DNA from: Eledone cirrhosa
Taxonomy: Eukaryota
Assembly (NCBI GenBank): GCA_964016885.1
Contig: OZ024742.1
Span: forward strand, 361,026,001-361,090,000
Length of the DNA stretch: 64,000 bases
Direction: 5' to 3'
Under the pieces are notes generated by a model that worked only from the letters and a program-made list of their open reading frames with translations, ran no database searches and had not been told where the DNA came from. This document shows, piece after piece, positions 11,733 to 24,644 of the stretch; the first letter of the stretch is position 1, and every line of letters begins with the position of its first letter. The position numbers and the translations under genes were made by a program.

Positions 11733-12018
11733 TCATCATCATTCATCATCATTTCATTTAACGTCCGCTTTTCCCTGCTTGCAAGGGTGGGGCCGGAACT
11801 GATTCTGGCTTGATTTCTACACCAACCCCATTTACAGTGAGTGCTGGGTGCTTTTTTGCCATGGCACCTACACGACCACTTCTACAGCTGATTAAACTGG
11901 AGCAATGTGAAATAAAGTGTCATGCTCAAGGAAACAACACACCACCCGGTCTGAGAATTGAACTCACAACCTTTCGATTGCAAAGCCAATGCTCTAACCA
12001 CTAAGCCATGAGCCTCCA
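11733..12018 (-). mobile_element. SINE family A (internally deleted)
   Basis: Similarity to 6711-7056. Confidence 0.85.
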
Positions 12019-12054
12019 TATATATGCGTATATATTTATATATATATATATATA

Positions 12055-12295
12055 TGGAGGGACATGGCTTAGTGTTTAGAGCATTGGCCTTGCAATCGAA
12101 AGGTTGTGAGTTCAATTCTCAGACTGGGGTCCATATCATTCCATTGCAAAGTGGTCGTGGAAGTGCCACGGCAAAAAAGCACCCAGCACTCACTGTAAAT
12201 GAGGTTGGTGTTAGGAAGTGCATCCAGGTGTAGAAATCAAGCCAGAATCAGTTCCTGTCCCACTCTTGCAAGCAGGAAAAAGCGGACATAAAATG

Positions 12296-12297
<2 letters not shown>
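12055..12297 (+). mobile_element. SINE family A (middle region deleted)
   Basis: tRNA head joined almost directly to the tail. Confidence 0.8.
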
Positions 12298-12340
<43 letters not shown>

Positions 12341-12350
12341 CACCCTTTAT

Positions 12351-12700
12351 GGTGGCACATGGCTCTTAGTGGTTAGAGTATTGGCCTTGCAATCGAATGG
12401 TTGTGAGTTTAATTCACAGACCGGGTGATGTGTTGTTTCCTTGAGCAAGACACTTTATTTCACATTGCTCCAGTTTACTCAGCTGTAGAAATGAGATGAT
12501 AGGGTCTGGGGTCCCTATCATTCCACTGCAAAGTTGTTGTGGAGGTGCCACAGAAAAAAAGCACTCAGCACTCACTGTAAATGAGGTTGGTGTTAGGAAG
12601 GGCATCCAGCTATAGAAATCAAGCCAGAATCAGTTCCCGTCCCACCCTTGCAAGCAGGGAAAAGCGGACATAAAATGATGATGATGATGATGATGATGAT
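12351..12700 (+). mobile_element. SINE family A, near full length
   Basis: Similarity to 40792-41140. Confidence 0.85.
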
Positions 12701-12894
12701 ATATACACCATTATTCTTGATATATATATATAGTAGTCATAAATGTGAAGTCTAAAATCTGAAGAGGGTTCAATAAGGATTTCTATATATATATATATAT
12801 ATATATTAAATATATAAAACACGTAAGATCTGTAAAAGGGTGAATGCAGCAATCCTTTGCTTAAATTTAATCTGTATATATATAGGAAAGGGTT

Positions 12895-13035
12895 CTGCTG
12901 AGTTTCTGTCAATCAAATATTATTCACAAGACATTAGTCAACTTGAAGCAACAATGACAGATATTCACTTTAGGTGCAATGTAATGAGATGAAACCCAGA
13001 ACCACATGATTGTTATGAAAACTTTATTAGCAAAC
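12895..13035 (-). mobile_element. Old tRNA-derived SINE, family C (decayed; related copies ~19345-19500, ~50100-50235, ~59585-59725)
   Basis: Shared TTTCTGTCTACCAAAT..TCACAAG..GAACC..AAC pattern among the four loci. Confidence 0.5.
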
Positions 13036-14084
13036 CGCTAAACTTTCATGGAAAATATATATCAAAATTCATCAGCATAGCTTCATACGCAGCAACTAAT
13101 GCCAAATATTAAGACATCTAATAAGCCATATACATGATAGGTTTCCATGATCAAACACATCAGCCTAAAGGTATGCATATCTAGTCTGCTTGTAAACTGG
13201 AAGCTGATACTGTCATGAAGAATAAATTATCTTAGCTTTGACACTTTAACTGTTGCATTCTTCCTTTTTTTTATATATTTTTCTTTCAATATTGAAGTGA
13301 AAGTTTAAACACTATATAATTGAAACTAATACACAAAAGAAATTGGATTCAGGCAAAAATATTCCTGATAACAGAAGTTGTTTTGTAGAATAATGTGTAA
13401 GAAATGATTCACATTATACACAGCTGTCTGAAAATGTTAATGAGATGTCTAGCTGTCAGATGTCATGTCAGAAAAAAAAAGATAGTTGACAGTAATTTCT
13501 GTAATGTTTTTATCAAACAGTTTATAAAACATTATCAATTTTTGACAAAAATAGCAAACAAAGCATTGTTCTCTAATAATCAAATGGAAACAAATAATAT
13601 GTATTAGAGGTAATTGTCTAACAGACAAACATTACATGAGAAAATAAATAGTAAAATAAATCAACAGACATCAAAATGAATGCTGCAGAATCTACTCTGA
13701 ACTTTGGACCTATAAATCAATGGGTCATTTACAGAAAAATAAAAGCAGCAGCTAAAGATAACCGTTTGTGTTTCACAAATATTGGGCTAAATTGATTTCT
13801 CTGCCAACAAATTGTATATCTAACCATTTCGAATTGTATTTTCACTAAATGTCCATAAACAGTTCTGAGTGGTATGTAATATTTGTATATCTTTCTGTGT
13901 TATATCCATGTTTACAGACTCTAAAATTGATATTGACAGAAGAATCTTTACTCTAAAAAATTTCTTATTTTAAATGAGTTTAGATTTCTATAAAAAAGAA
14001 CAGGTTAATATTTCTTTCTCTCTTTAGCTAAAGTATTTAATTCTTCGAGGATGTGTTTCACATGAGACGCATGTGTTGGTACTG

Positions 14085-14302
14085 CCATGTCAACTGCCGT
14101 GAGGGTTAGATCAGCAAAGTGATGAATCTCAATCCAGGAGGCAGTAGAGGCTCAAGAAGAACAAAAAGGACTTGGATGGAGGATATCCATCAGGATCAAG
14201 TTAGGCTTGGCCCAAGTGAGATTGGCAGACAGATATTGATGGAGCAAGATGCTAAGGAGCAATGTCAGGCAGGACCCACTCCTACTGGAATATGATGATG
14301 AT
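14085..14302 (+). mobile_element. Decayed RTE-type LINE 3' end
   Basis: GSRG..RR.KRTWMEDI-like remnant followed by (GAT)n. Confidence 0.45.
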
Positions 14303-14329
14303 ATCTAAGCGTGGAGAATTTGCAGACAT

Positions 14330-14681
14330 ATAGTAATATATGTAATGCGGCCATGTAGGTAACACGGTAAAAACCTCCCAGTACACACTGTAAACGTGGT
14401 TGGTGTTGGGAAGGACACCCAGCCGTAGAAAATCCGCCAGATGTGTAGGTGTCATGACAAAAAACACACAGTCCACGCTATAATGTGGCCGTGTAGGTAA
14501 CACGGTAAAAACCTCCCAGTTCACACTGTAAACGTGGTTGGTGTTAGGAAGGGCATCCAGCCATAGAAAACCTGCCAGACAGTCCTATACAAGCAGGATA
14601 ACCAATCTTGCCTCAAGTGGGAAAACTCCTGCCCAAACCCATGCAAGCGTGGACGATGGACGTTAAACGATGATGATGATA
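14330..14681 (+). mobile_element. RTE 3' UTR fragment with internal ~135-bp duplication
   Basis: Matches the 3' UTRs at 35021-35260 and 50860-51171; (GAT)n tail. Confidence 0.75.
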
Positions 14682-15134
14682 ATATTGACTTTAATTCTCT
14701 TTGAGATCAAATTTATCTTTCGTCTTTTCAGAGTTGTTAAAATAGTAGAGTATCAATTAAATATAAGGATTGGTTCCTTGATTCCTCTAATGCCTCTAAT
14801 GTGAAGGGAATTTAACAGAAGACAATATTAGGTAAAATAATTATTCAGAGAATGGTACCTGTGAGAAATTGGTATTTAATTTAAGAAATTACATGTCGAT
14901 CAGCTAAATGATGCTCTTTAAACCAGAGTTAAATACTAGATTATATGTGATTCTTGAAGACATTCATCACTTTTTATCATCCCATAAGCATCCCAAGCCA
15001 ACATCCTGTGAGCAGCTAAGGATGAGTTATTAGGTTAATATTGGCTAATATTGACTTGTCTCCATCACATGGTTATTCCAAATCCAATCTCTGATGTTAA
15101 CAACATTAAATATGTTAATACTAACCACTAATAG

Positions 15135-15478
15135 TGAAGGCACATGACTTAGTAGAGTATCAGGCTTGCAATCATGAGGCTGTGAGTTCGATCTCGGTCC
15201 GGGTGATGCATCGTATGCTTGAGGAAGACACTTTATTTCACATTGCTCCAGTTTACTCAGCTGTAGAAATGAGTTGTGACATCACCAGTGCCAAGCTGTA
15301 TTGACCATTACGTTTCCCTTGGACAACATTGGTGGCATGAAGAAGGAAGGCTGGTATGTATGGACGCTGTTGGTCTTCCACAAAAACCTTACCCGGACAT
15401 CTACCTTGGAGGAGAACTTTCTAGGTGCATGTCCCATGTTCATTCATGACTGAAGGGTGTCTTTATCCTTCCACCTTT
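15135..15478 (+). mobile_element. SINE with family A-type head and middle but a different tail
   Basis: Similar to family A up to CTCAGCTGTAGAAATGAG, then unrelated sequence ending in CTTT-rich repeats. Confidence 0.65.
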
Positions 15479-16433
15479 TACTAACTAGTATTACTATAAT
15501 TACTAGTACCCTTAAATATTTATCAGCAATTAAGCCATATTTTGTAATTTAGTGCAACTTGTTTCAGCTGCAACATACATCATAATATAATATTCCCAAA
15601 GTTTGTTGTTCAGTTATATGTTATGAGTTAATCAAAATAGATTTTAAAACCATTTAAAATCTTAGAGAAAATCATGCATATATAAGAAGATATTTGTATA
15701 ATTACCTATGATGATATGTTTAAAGGATATTATAAGATGCAACAATGCATTAACTAAATCCATTGTTAAGTGTAATACTTCAGCTGTATATATATTTAAA
15801 TATTTGAATGTGCACACAAAGATATAACTTCTGCTAGACATTTATATGATGTTCAGTGCCAAATACTTAAACAGATATTTCAATGTAAGTGATGAAGTTT
15901 TGTGTTTCTGATATAACATATGAATGTATTTCATTAATATATCTTTTATTTGTATAATATTTATGTTCTCATTCATGTTTATCTTCTGGAATTAACTATA
16001 GCACTCACAGTATCTATGGCAATAACTAATGTAATAAGTTCAAGAAAGACAGCTGAAAGAATATTATGCTTTAGTTTCACAAACAATAATTATCGAACCT
16101 ACCCAAACACTTTATATTTAATAGTTATGCTTTTCATAAATATTCAGTTGATGTTAACAGTTGATATTTAAACCATAATATAATAAATTATAAATTCATC
16201 TAATTTTGAAAATTGGAAATTACGTTCAAATCTATTGAATGGCTGTTTAAATTATTTTGTTGATATAGGCATAGCTGAATAAGTGAGAAATTCATATCAC
16301 AAACCACTGTTTCAGATCTTGGGAAACTGTTTTACTATATATGTATGTAAAAGTTATACAGAAATAACATAGCAAATGACACAGTACATTGAAGAAATAT
16401 ATTAGTTTAATGATAAAAATCACAGGAAAAATG

Positions 16434-16469
16434 TCCTAACGTTTCGGAGATTAGTCCTTCATCAGAAGA
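16434..16469 (-). ncRNA. Ultra-minimal hammerhead motif
   Basis: Minus strand UCUU-CUGAUGA-A-GGA cuaauc UCC-GAAAC-GUU-AGGA. Confidence 0.6.
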
Positions 16470-16590
16470 TAGAGTTAGAAATTAAAGATAAATAGAAAGA
16501 TAAAGAATGAAAACAGGAAGGAAAGGGGGAAATGAGAAAAAAAGAGGGAGAAAAACACATGCGTATTCAGTCAGCCGTTTTAATATAGCT

Positions 16591-16817
16591 TAGCCCTTTA
16601 GCATTTAAACTGGCCATATGTAGCCAGAATTCTCTCACCTCTTTCTGTAAAAATTGGCTGTAACCAGCCACTCATAAAGATGTGAAGGTATTGTTCTCAA
16701 AATAAACAATATCAAAATCTCATAAATTTGATATTATGTGAGATAATAATGTGAGATACAGACTTTACTTTATATATACTATTGTATTTTCACAGTTATG
16801 TCAATGCTAAAGGGCTA
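16591..16817. mobile_element. piggyBac-like MITE
   Basis: TIRs TAGCCCTTTAGCATT / AATGCTAAAGGGCTA (decayed TTAA-CCC ends); second copy at 53412-53636. Confidence 0.65.
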
Positions 16818-17003
16818 GAGTTGACCAAAGCCTTCTAAGTGAAATTGGCTAAATAGAAACATTTCTATTTTACTTAATTAACACTAAACAAACAACATAT
16901 TTCACATATTTTCCTGCATCACTACAAGGACTGGTTTACAGAAGAAACATTCTTAACCTGAAAACTTGCTTTTCGTTCTTAATTAGAATGAAATGATGTG
17001 TGT

Positions 17004-17042
<39 letters not shown>

Positions 17043-17245
17043 AAAATGAGGGGTTTTTTTTTATGAAAAAAAATAAAAACGAGATGTCCTACACGAGTGA
17101 AAGTATAAGGAACAAAGATAAAATCAAAAACGCAACTGGAGTCTTTTTAAGAAATTTTTTTGTTTCCTTTACTGGTTTCACAGTTCATATGCTTTTTCAA
17201 AAAAAGAATTGAGATGGAGGGTTTGTGGTTTTTCTCACATCTCGT

Positions 17246-17323
<78 letters not shown>

Positions 17324-17852
17324 AGGTATGAGACATTTTATTTTACATTGCTTCAGTTCACTCAGCTAGGAGAAATAAGTTGTACCTTTAATTCGAAGGG
17401 CCAGCTTGGTCACATCCTGTCACAAAGAATCTTCCTGAGAACTACATTAAGGGTATGTGTGACTGTGAAATGCTAAGCCATTTGCATGTTCATTTCGTGA
17501 GCAGGTTGTTCTGTTCATCACACCAACTGGAACACTCATCCTCGTAACCAAGAAAGTGCCAGTTAGTTTTATTTATATACATACATATAATGAAAGATTG
17601 AATAAGACCAAGGGTTAGTATTATTATCATTTATTTATACATCTACGGTAGTTTTAACATGACTAGAGTTCAGATTCATTTCTTTAGTTTCAGAAGATCC
17701 TGTTAAGGGTGAAAGCAGCGATTCTTTGCTTAAACTTAAATCTGTTATTTTAATAAATATTTGCTCTACGGTTTTATATATTTTTATATATCCTTATCGA
17801 GCCCTTTTTGGAATTTAGTCTTTACATTTATTATTATTACTATATATATATC

Positions 17853-18078
17853 AGGGCAGTGGATTGGCAGTATTGGTGGAGGGTTGGACGCCATGCTTTG
17901 CAGCATAGAGTTATGGCCGTTTATGATCTGAGTTCAAATCCCGCCGAGGTTAACTTTCATACTTTATTTTATCGACCCTGTAAGGATGAAAGGAAGTCAC
18001 ACACTGGGGTCAATTTAATCGACTTTCCTCTCCCCCAAAATTGCTGGCCTTGTGCCTATATAAGAAACCATTATTACT
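17853..18078 (+). mobile_element. SINE family B variant
   Basis: Head and tail similar to 7907-8098 with rearranged middle. Confidence 0.7.
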
Positions 18079-21000
18079 ATATATATATATATGTGTGTGT
18101 GCAAGTGAACACTATATTTTTTGTCGCATCACCTGTCTGAAGAGCAGATCAATAATGGAGTCGGGTCCATAGTTTCTATCATCGGGTCCATAGTTTCTAT
18201 CATCACCTGAGCCAATCATCTGAAATCCACATAACAGGTCGATACCCAATAAAGATCTAATTAAATATAAGCAAAACTTCATTGTTATTAATAATATATA
18301 TATATATATATATAAAAATATGTATGTATGTATGTGTGTGTGTGTATGTATGTGTGTGTGTATATATGTGTATGTGTGTGTGTGTGTCTGAAAAAGGTCA
18401 TAGATATCCCCAACCTATATTATCACATCATCAATGATATGGAAACTGTATGTACTCCTTTCAGATAAAAAGTACAAGTAATTCGAAAGAATGACCATGT
18501 CACATATTGTGTCACATTAATTCACCTTGGGAATTACAATAAAGGCATAAATGTCTGTGGAATACTCAACCACATATATTCTATATTCTTGAGTTGGACA
18601 GTTAGTTGATTGAACTACAGAATATTCATCATTAGATTCTATGAAGAATCCATCATATAAATTTATATTCCTTTTCTTATGACTAAACAGTAATATGACA
18701 ATCATTAGGATGTAAATATAAGTATTTTTAATTGTCTTTCACTTTTGAGCAAACTGGACTACATAACTTTACATGGTTCAGTGAACATGGTTCAATATCT
18801 ATTTTACAATTGAGTTGTTATCTGTGGGAAACGTATCCAGCTGTAGAATCAACAATTAATGTGTGTTCTCTGTATATATATATATGTTTATAACACGACT
18901 GTATAATTAGCATATCTTAGTGTAGATATGTGTATACATCTATAGATGTGTAATTAGTGTGTCTATGTGTTCTTGTGTATCCTTGGGGCAGACATGAGCT
19001 TCTTATGTCACACAGAAAACAGTTTCTCTTAGGGAGCCATAACCCTCAATAAATAAGTGGAAAAGGAAGTGGTTGGTAATATGGTTGGAGTACAGTCTTG
19101 TGACAAGCATAGAACACACCCTTCTCTTCAGATGTTAACAAATAAGATGCCTACTAAATATAACTATAGAATATATTGTATACTTTACTTCCATCTTTTC
19201 ACTGCATACACATAAATCTCTTTCTAACTTCACCTTCATCTGATGCAAGTGCTCTTTGAAAAGCAACCAAGTACCAGGTGGTGATATTAAATTTGGTGAT
19301 AAAGTAGGTATATCACAGAAGAGCAGAAATCATCCCTCAAACGGGCTTCTACATCATTTCTGTCTACCAAATCTGCACTCATAGACATTTGGTTGATCTA
19401 AAACTATGGTAGAAGAGTCTTGCTCAATGTGTTGTGCAGTGGCATTGAACCAGAAACTACATATATGTGAAGTTAATTTCTTAATTAAGCAGTCATGCAT
19501 GTGCATGTTGACTTATAGAATTTCAAAGGAACAACCAACTGATTGATCACATTTGTGAATGTCATTGATTCCAGCTATCTGATAAAGTAATTAAAGAAAG
19601 TATTCAATGAACTCTTGCATCTTCTTAAATTAATTAATGTAAAACTCTTTAGAAACACAAGTTTTAAACTGAAATATATATCTCTCAACTGAACAGTGAC
19701 ATTTGTAATAACTAAGTTAACTTTAGTCTCATACCTATCAAAGAGTAAAAAGAACTAAAAAGATTATCTAAACTACATCATTGGAGACTAAGTTTGAGAT
19801 CTTTGGATTTGCTATGCCACGTTACTGTTTATTCCCTTCAAACAATCATTTCAGTCTCGTCTTTAAGTCTCATGGGTTAACAACAGTTTTCTTCTGCTGC
19901 AATATGACGATATTTTAAGTGAAACGTGCCAACCATCTCAAGAGGTGATAAATCTAAATATACAAAGTTTAAATTGTAGAAACCTATTCACACATGACAG
20001 AATCAAGACAGTAAATTCACCTTCATTCAAAATTATGAGTTTGGTAAGGAATCATTTTTCTATTCGAAAGAATAGATATCGTTATTTAATGGTGTTTCAG
20101 TTTAGATATATTTCCTTTACATTACTAATACCCTTGTAAAAAACATGTCTGTTACAACCATCATTGATTTTGAAAGTTTGAATAGAAAATACACACATTC
20201 ATTTTTTATTTTATTTTTATTTACATTTGGTTTATATGTATATGTTTTTTATTGACAGAAGACAGACGGTTCAAATCGAACCTAGACAAAATACAACTTA
20301 GTTACATTGGTTTACCCTTGTACATGTAATAGTAACTTGTCATTTCAACAAAGCAACCTTGAAAAAAAAATAGAAAAATCACTAGCAAATAAAAGCTGTT
20401 CATCAAATTTTTCAGAACAGGGTTGGCTTTTTTCCATTGTTTGTGACTCTTATTTATTATAACAATTGTTATGCCAAAGGAATTCTAAATATTTAATTGC
20501 ACTCCAACTCATATCTCAACTCATTATTTTTTATCCTTTTATTTTACTATCAATCATACTACTATTAGTTAATAGAGTTGTATCTCTAATATGATATTCC
20601 CATCTGGAAATTTGTCAAAGTTCCAGATTATGAACTACAAAAGTTTGATGGCAATAATATGTTATATACTTCTCTCCAAAGCAAACACTGTGTCTTTTCT
20701 TTCCTGTTTCTTTACATCTCCATCAGACTCATCATCATGTGGTAGACCATTTTGTTTTTTGAAAATGTTTCCATTCGAAATTCAAATATATCAAATTATA
20801 TGCAAATCATTACAAGCAGAAAAATTATCATCGAAAATACATTGAATTATCTAAAGGATGTTGAAAAGAAATTGTTCCAAAAAGAATTCTCATTATTACT
20901 TTTGGAGAAAATTGTTAGTCCTTTGTTCCTGTGCAAGTTTCTAAAAATAATAGCCCATTATCAAGCATATTAATAGTTGTAAAAGATCTATGTCCTTAGG

Positions 21001-22170
21001 ACATAAAATATTAGTGTTTTGAAAAGTATTGCTTACATCTTCTTTATATTTTTTACAGAAATTATTTTGAGAGTAATAATAATAAAACTAATAATAACCA
21101 TAATAATGATAATAATATGATAATAATAACAATAATTCTTTTATTAACCAAAAGGGCCCCACGATATTTGGGGGGGGGGATTCAAATGCAAACAGCAGTG
21201 CGGGAGATTTACATCAAATGAAGAGGTGAGCGTAACAATAACACTATAGATATTCTAATAAATAGATAACACATAACAGTACAGATAATACTACTACTAT
21301 TACTACTACTAATAATAATAACAATAATGGCAATAATGAATGGTTTCCAAATTACTTTCTTCTTCCTAGACTTTCATTTCTTCAATAAATATCTTTCTTA
21401 TTTGCTCACTTTTTATTCCTTTATTTTCCTCATTCATTCATTTACTAAGATTTAGAATTTGTCCTTGATGAACTTGAACATTTTAGTGTCAAAGGGTTTT
21501 ATTAACCTATATAATTTATTTCAAGATAGGAAGAAGGAAAATATCTTTCTCTCTTCATATTAAAGAAAAAAGTCATTTTCTCCATTGAAATTTTATTTGT
21601 GTTTTGTGACTAAGACATCTTTTAGTAACACATATTAACAGCTCTAAGTTTATTTTATTAGAAATTAAATATAGTTTCATTGCACTAAAAGTATAGATCT
21701 TTTTTCTCTTGGAGAAATTAATTTTTCTAGATAAAATTTTATGTTTTTATAATGTATTCTAATGAAGAATTGAAGTATTTTATATTCTCAACATTTCCAG
21801 ATTTCATATATTTCTCTTTTTTATGGCTTTTCAGTCTTTTTAGGTTGGTAAAGTGGTGGATTGGCAAAACTACTAAAGCTTTAGACATAATTATCCTGCA
21901 GTATTAGTCCCAGCTTTTTAAATTTTGAATCCAAATTACATCAAGTTTGGCTTTGCCTTTTTTACTTCCCAGGGTTGATAAAATGAGATACCAGGCTAAT
22001 AAGAAAAAGAAGCTAATCATAAGATCAAACCAAGAAAACTATGATCTCATTGGCCTTTCCATTGCTTAAACTATCTGCTAGGTAGAAATCTGCTGAGGTA
22101 AATATATTCTATAATTGCCTCACCAAAGATGTTGGTCTTACATCTATGAGAGAAATTATTATTTCAATAC

Positions 22171-22352
22171 AGGGTGGTGAATTGGCAGTATTGGTAGAGG
22201 GTCGGACGCCAATGCTTTGCAGCAAAGAGTTACGCTCCTTTGTGGTCTGAGTTCAAATCCCGCCGAGATTAACTTTGCCTTTCAATCTTTATGGGGTCGA
22301 TAAAATAAAGTACCAGTAATGCACTAGGATAATTGCTGGCCTTGTGCCAAAA
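22171..22352 (+). mobile_element. SINE family B
   Basis: Similarity to 7907-8098. Confidence 0.8.
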
Positions 22353-22890
22353 TAATACTTTTTAGTTCTTTTCATTTCCTCTCAGTATTTGAAGATGTTC
22401 AAGCCATTTTCCTTTAACAAGACTATGTTTAAGCCTTTTACAGGGATTTTCTAACATTTCAAATGTTTCTGAGTTCTGTTATACCATTCCAAGTTATTTC
22501 CACCATCAACATTATCCAATTAAAATATCTTCATGAGTAAGAAAGAATCACCACATACATGATACCAGATGCTCTACATCTCATAACTATAAGTAATACT
22601 TAATCTATTACATTCATTGTCCCACTTGAGGCAAGATTGATTGGGTGATCGTGTCTTGCTTGTGTAGGACAATCTAGCAGGTTTTCTACGGCTGGGTGCC
22701 CTTAGGTTATAGATTCCATACACTGGTGGTTTTTCCCTGTTTTATTGATAGCGCACTGTATCTCTCTCTAGTGTGTTACCTTTTCAACATATTGTATTTT
22801 AAAGAGCTCAGGATTTCCTCTCCTTTGAGCACATTATTTACAGGGAACGGTGAGAGTCTATGGCTCCGTTAATGTATCATGATATATAAA

Positions 22891-23184
22891 TCATCATCAT
22901 TTCATTTTACGTCCACTTTTCCCTGCTTGCAAGGGTGGGACGGGAACTGATTCTGGCTTGATTTCTACAGCTGGATGCCCTTCCTAACACCAACCTCATT
23001 TACAGTGAGTGCTGGGTGCTCTTTTGCCGTGGCACCTCCATGACCACTTTACAGCTGAGTAAACTGGAGCAATGTGAAATAAAGTGTCTTGCTCAAGGAA
23101 ACAACACATCACCCGGTCTGAGAATTGAACTCACAACCTTTCGATTACAAGGCCAGTGCTCTAACCACTAAGCCATGTGCCTCA
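22891..23184 (-). mobile_element. SINE family A (short variant)
   Basis: Similarity to 6711-7056. Confidence 0.85.
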
Positions 23185-23241
23185 AATATATATATATATA
23201 TATATCATCACCATTGTTGTTTTGACGTCTACTTTCCATAT

Positions 23242-24609
23242 ATCATCATTACCGTTTTATATCCATTCTTCCACGCTAGCATGGGTTAGATGAGTTGTCC
23301 TGTTTGGAGCAATGCCAGGTCAGGTGACCATGTCTTATTCATATGGGAACTGATTTTGGCTTGATTTCTACAGCTGGATGCCCTTCCTAACACTAACCTC
23401 ATTTACAGTGAGTACTGGGTCTTTTTTACCGTGGCGCCTACACGGCCACTTTAGAGTGTGGACTGGGTGCTGTTTTGTCGTGACACCTCCACAACCACTT
23501 CACAGTTGAGGGGGGGGGGGCATATTGTCTATATGCTTCAGATTTGGCTTGTACCGATGGGAAGCTCGGTCTTCTGTAATACTGCGTAAGGCCACAGGTC
23601 TCGGTCCTGCGTCATCGCCTTTGAGAGGTGCAATTGGGTACGGTCGGCTTTTATCACCTCATTCCAGGGCATCAATCGACTTTTGGCATTCTGCACCTTT
23701 TTATGCAGGTGTCATCCTTCATACACATCACATGTCCATACCAACGCAACATCCTCTCCTGCACACAGCATTTGATTCCTCTTATGCTCAGTCTCTCTCT
23801 CAATTCTTTTTATGCCTTGCCGTTCGCGTATATTACTATTACACATCGATCAGAGCATACAAACTTTGTTTCTTTCTAATCTATGCAAGTCTTCTACACA
23901 CAACGCCCAGGTCTCACTACTATGTAGCATTGCTGTTCGTATACACGCATCATACAGTCTGCCTTTCATTTTGAGGGAAAAGCCTTTTGCAGTTAGCAGT
24001 GGCAGTAGCTCCCTGAATTTCTTCCATTCCATTCTTACCCTGGTTACTGTACTTTCAGCACCCACTGCTAATTCGGTAGCCTAGGTAGCAGAAGCTGTCT
24101 ACTGTTTCAACAGAGCCCTTCCAGAGTTTGGTAGTGCTTGTTTCCTGTGGCCGTATGCTGCTTACTGTCCCTGTGTAACTGCTACTTGTAAAGCCTACAT
24201 TCCTAACTAAGCTTCCTGAGATCCCACTACATCCCTCATGTACCTATAGTTTCCATTTGGGGCAGAGGATGGAATTCCTACCTATACCCTTTGTACATAC
24301 AGAGCAAGGCCATTTCCCTGAGGGGATCTGGGTTCTGTTTTCTCATCTACTTAGGAGGACCTTAGTCTCTATCAGGTTGACTTTGAGAGCCCTTCTTTCT
24401 AGTCACTGCTTCCATGTTTTGAATTTCTTCTCTAGTTCCTCCATAGATTCAGCTATAAGTGTAAGATCATCTGTCTACAGAAGTTCCTATATGCATCCGG
24501 TCTTAAACTCCTCTGTTATAGCCTGCAATACTATAACAAACAGGAGAGGGCTAAGGACAGAGCCTTGGTGGACACCAACCTGTATGCTAAATTCCTCGCT
24601 ATATTCATT

Positions 24610-24610
<1 letters not shown>
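23242..24610 (-). mobile_element. Decayed 5'-truncated RTE LINE, closely related to 8392-10474
   Basis: [30 protein letters not shown] remnant, stops/frameshifts, similar 3' UTR. Confidence 0.88.

Positions 24611-24644
<34 letters not shown>

Noticed and set aside
20660-20950. Possible minus-strand host exons (also ~13800-13990, ~55128-55512, ~58710-58880)
   Set aside because: Acceptor-like sites and protein-like stretches exist, but frames contain stops, no domain is recognisable and no consistent exon chain can be built without RNA data
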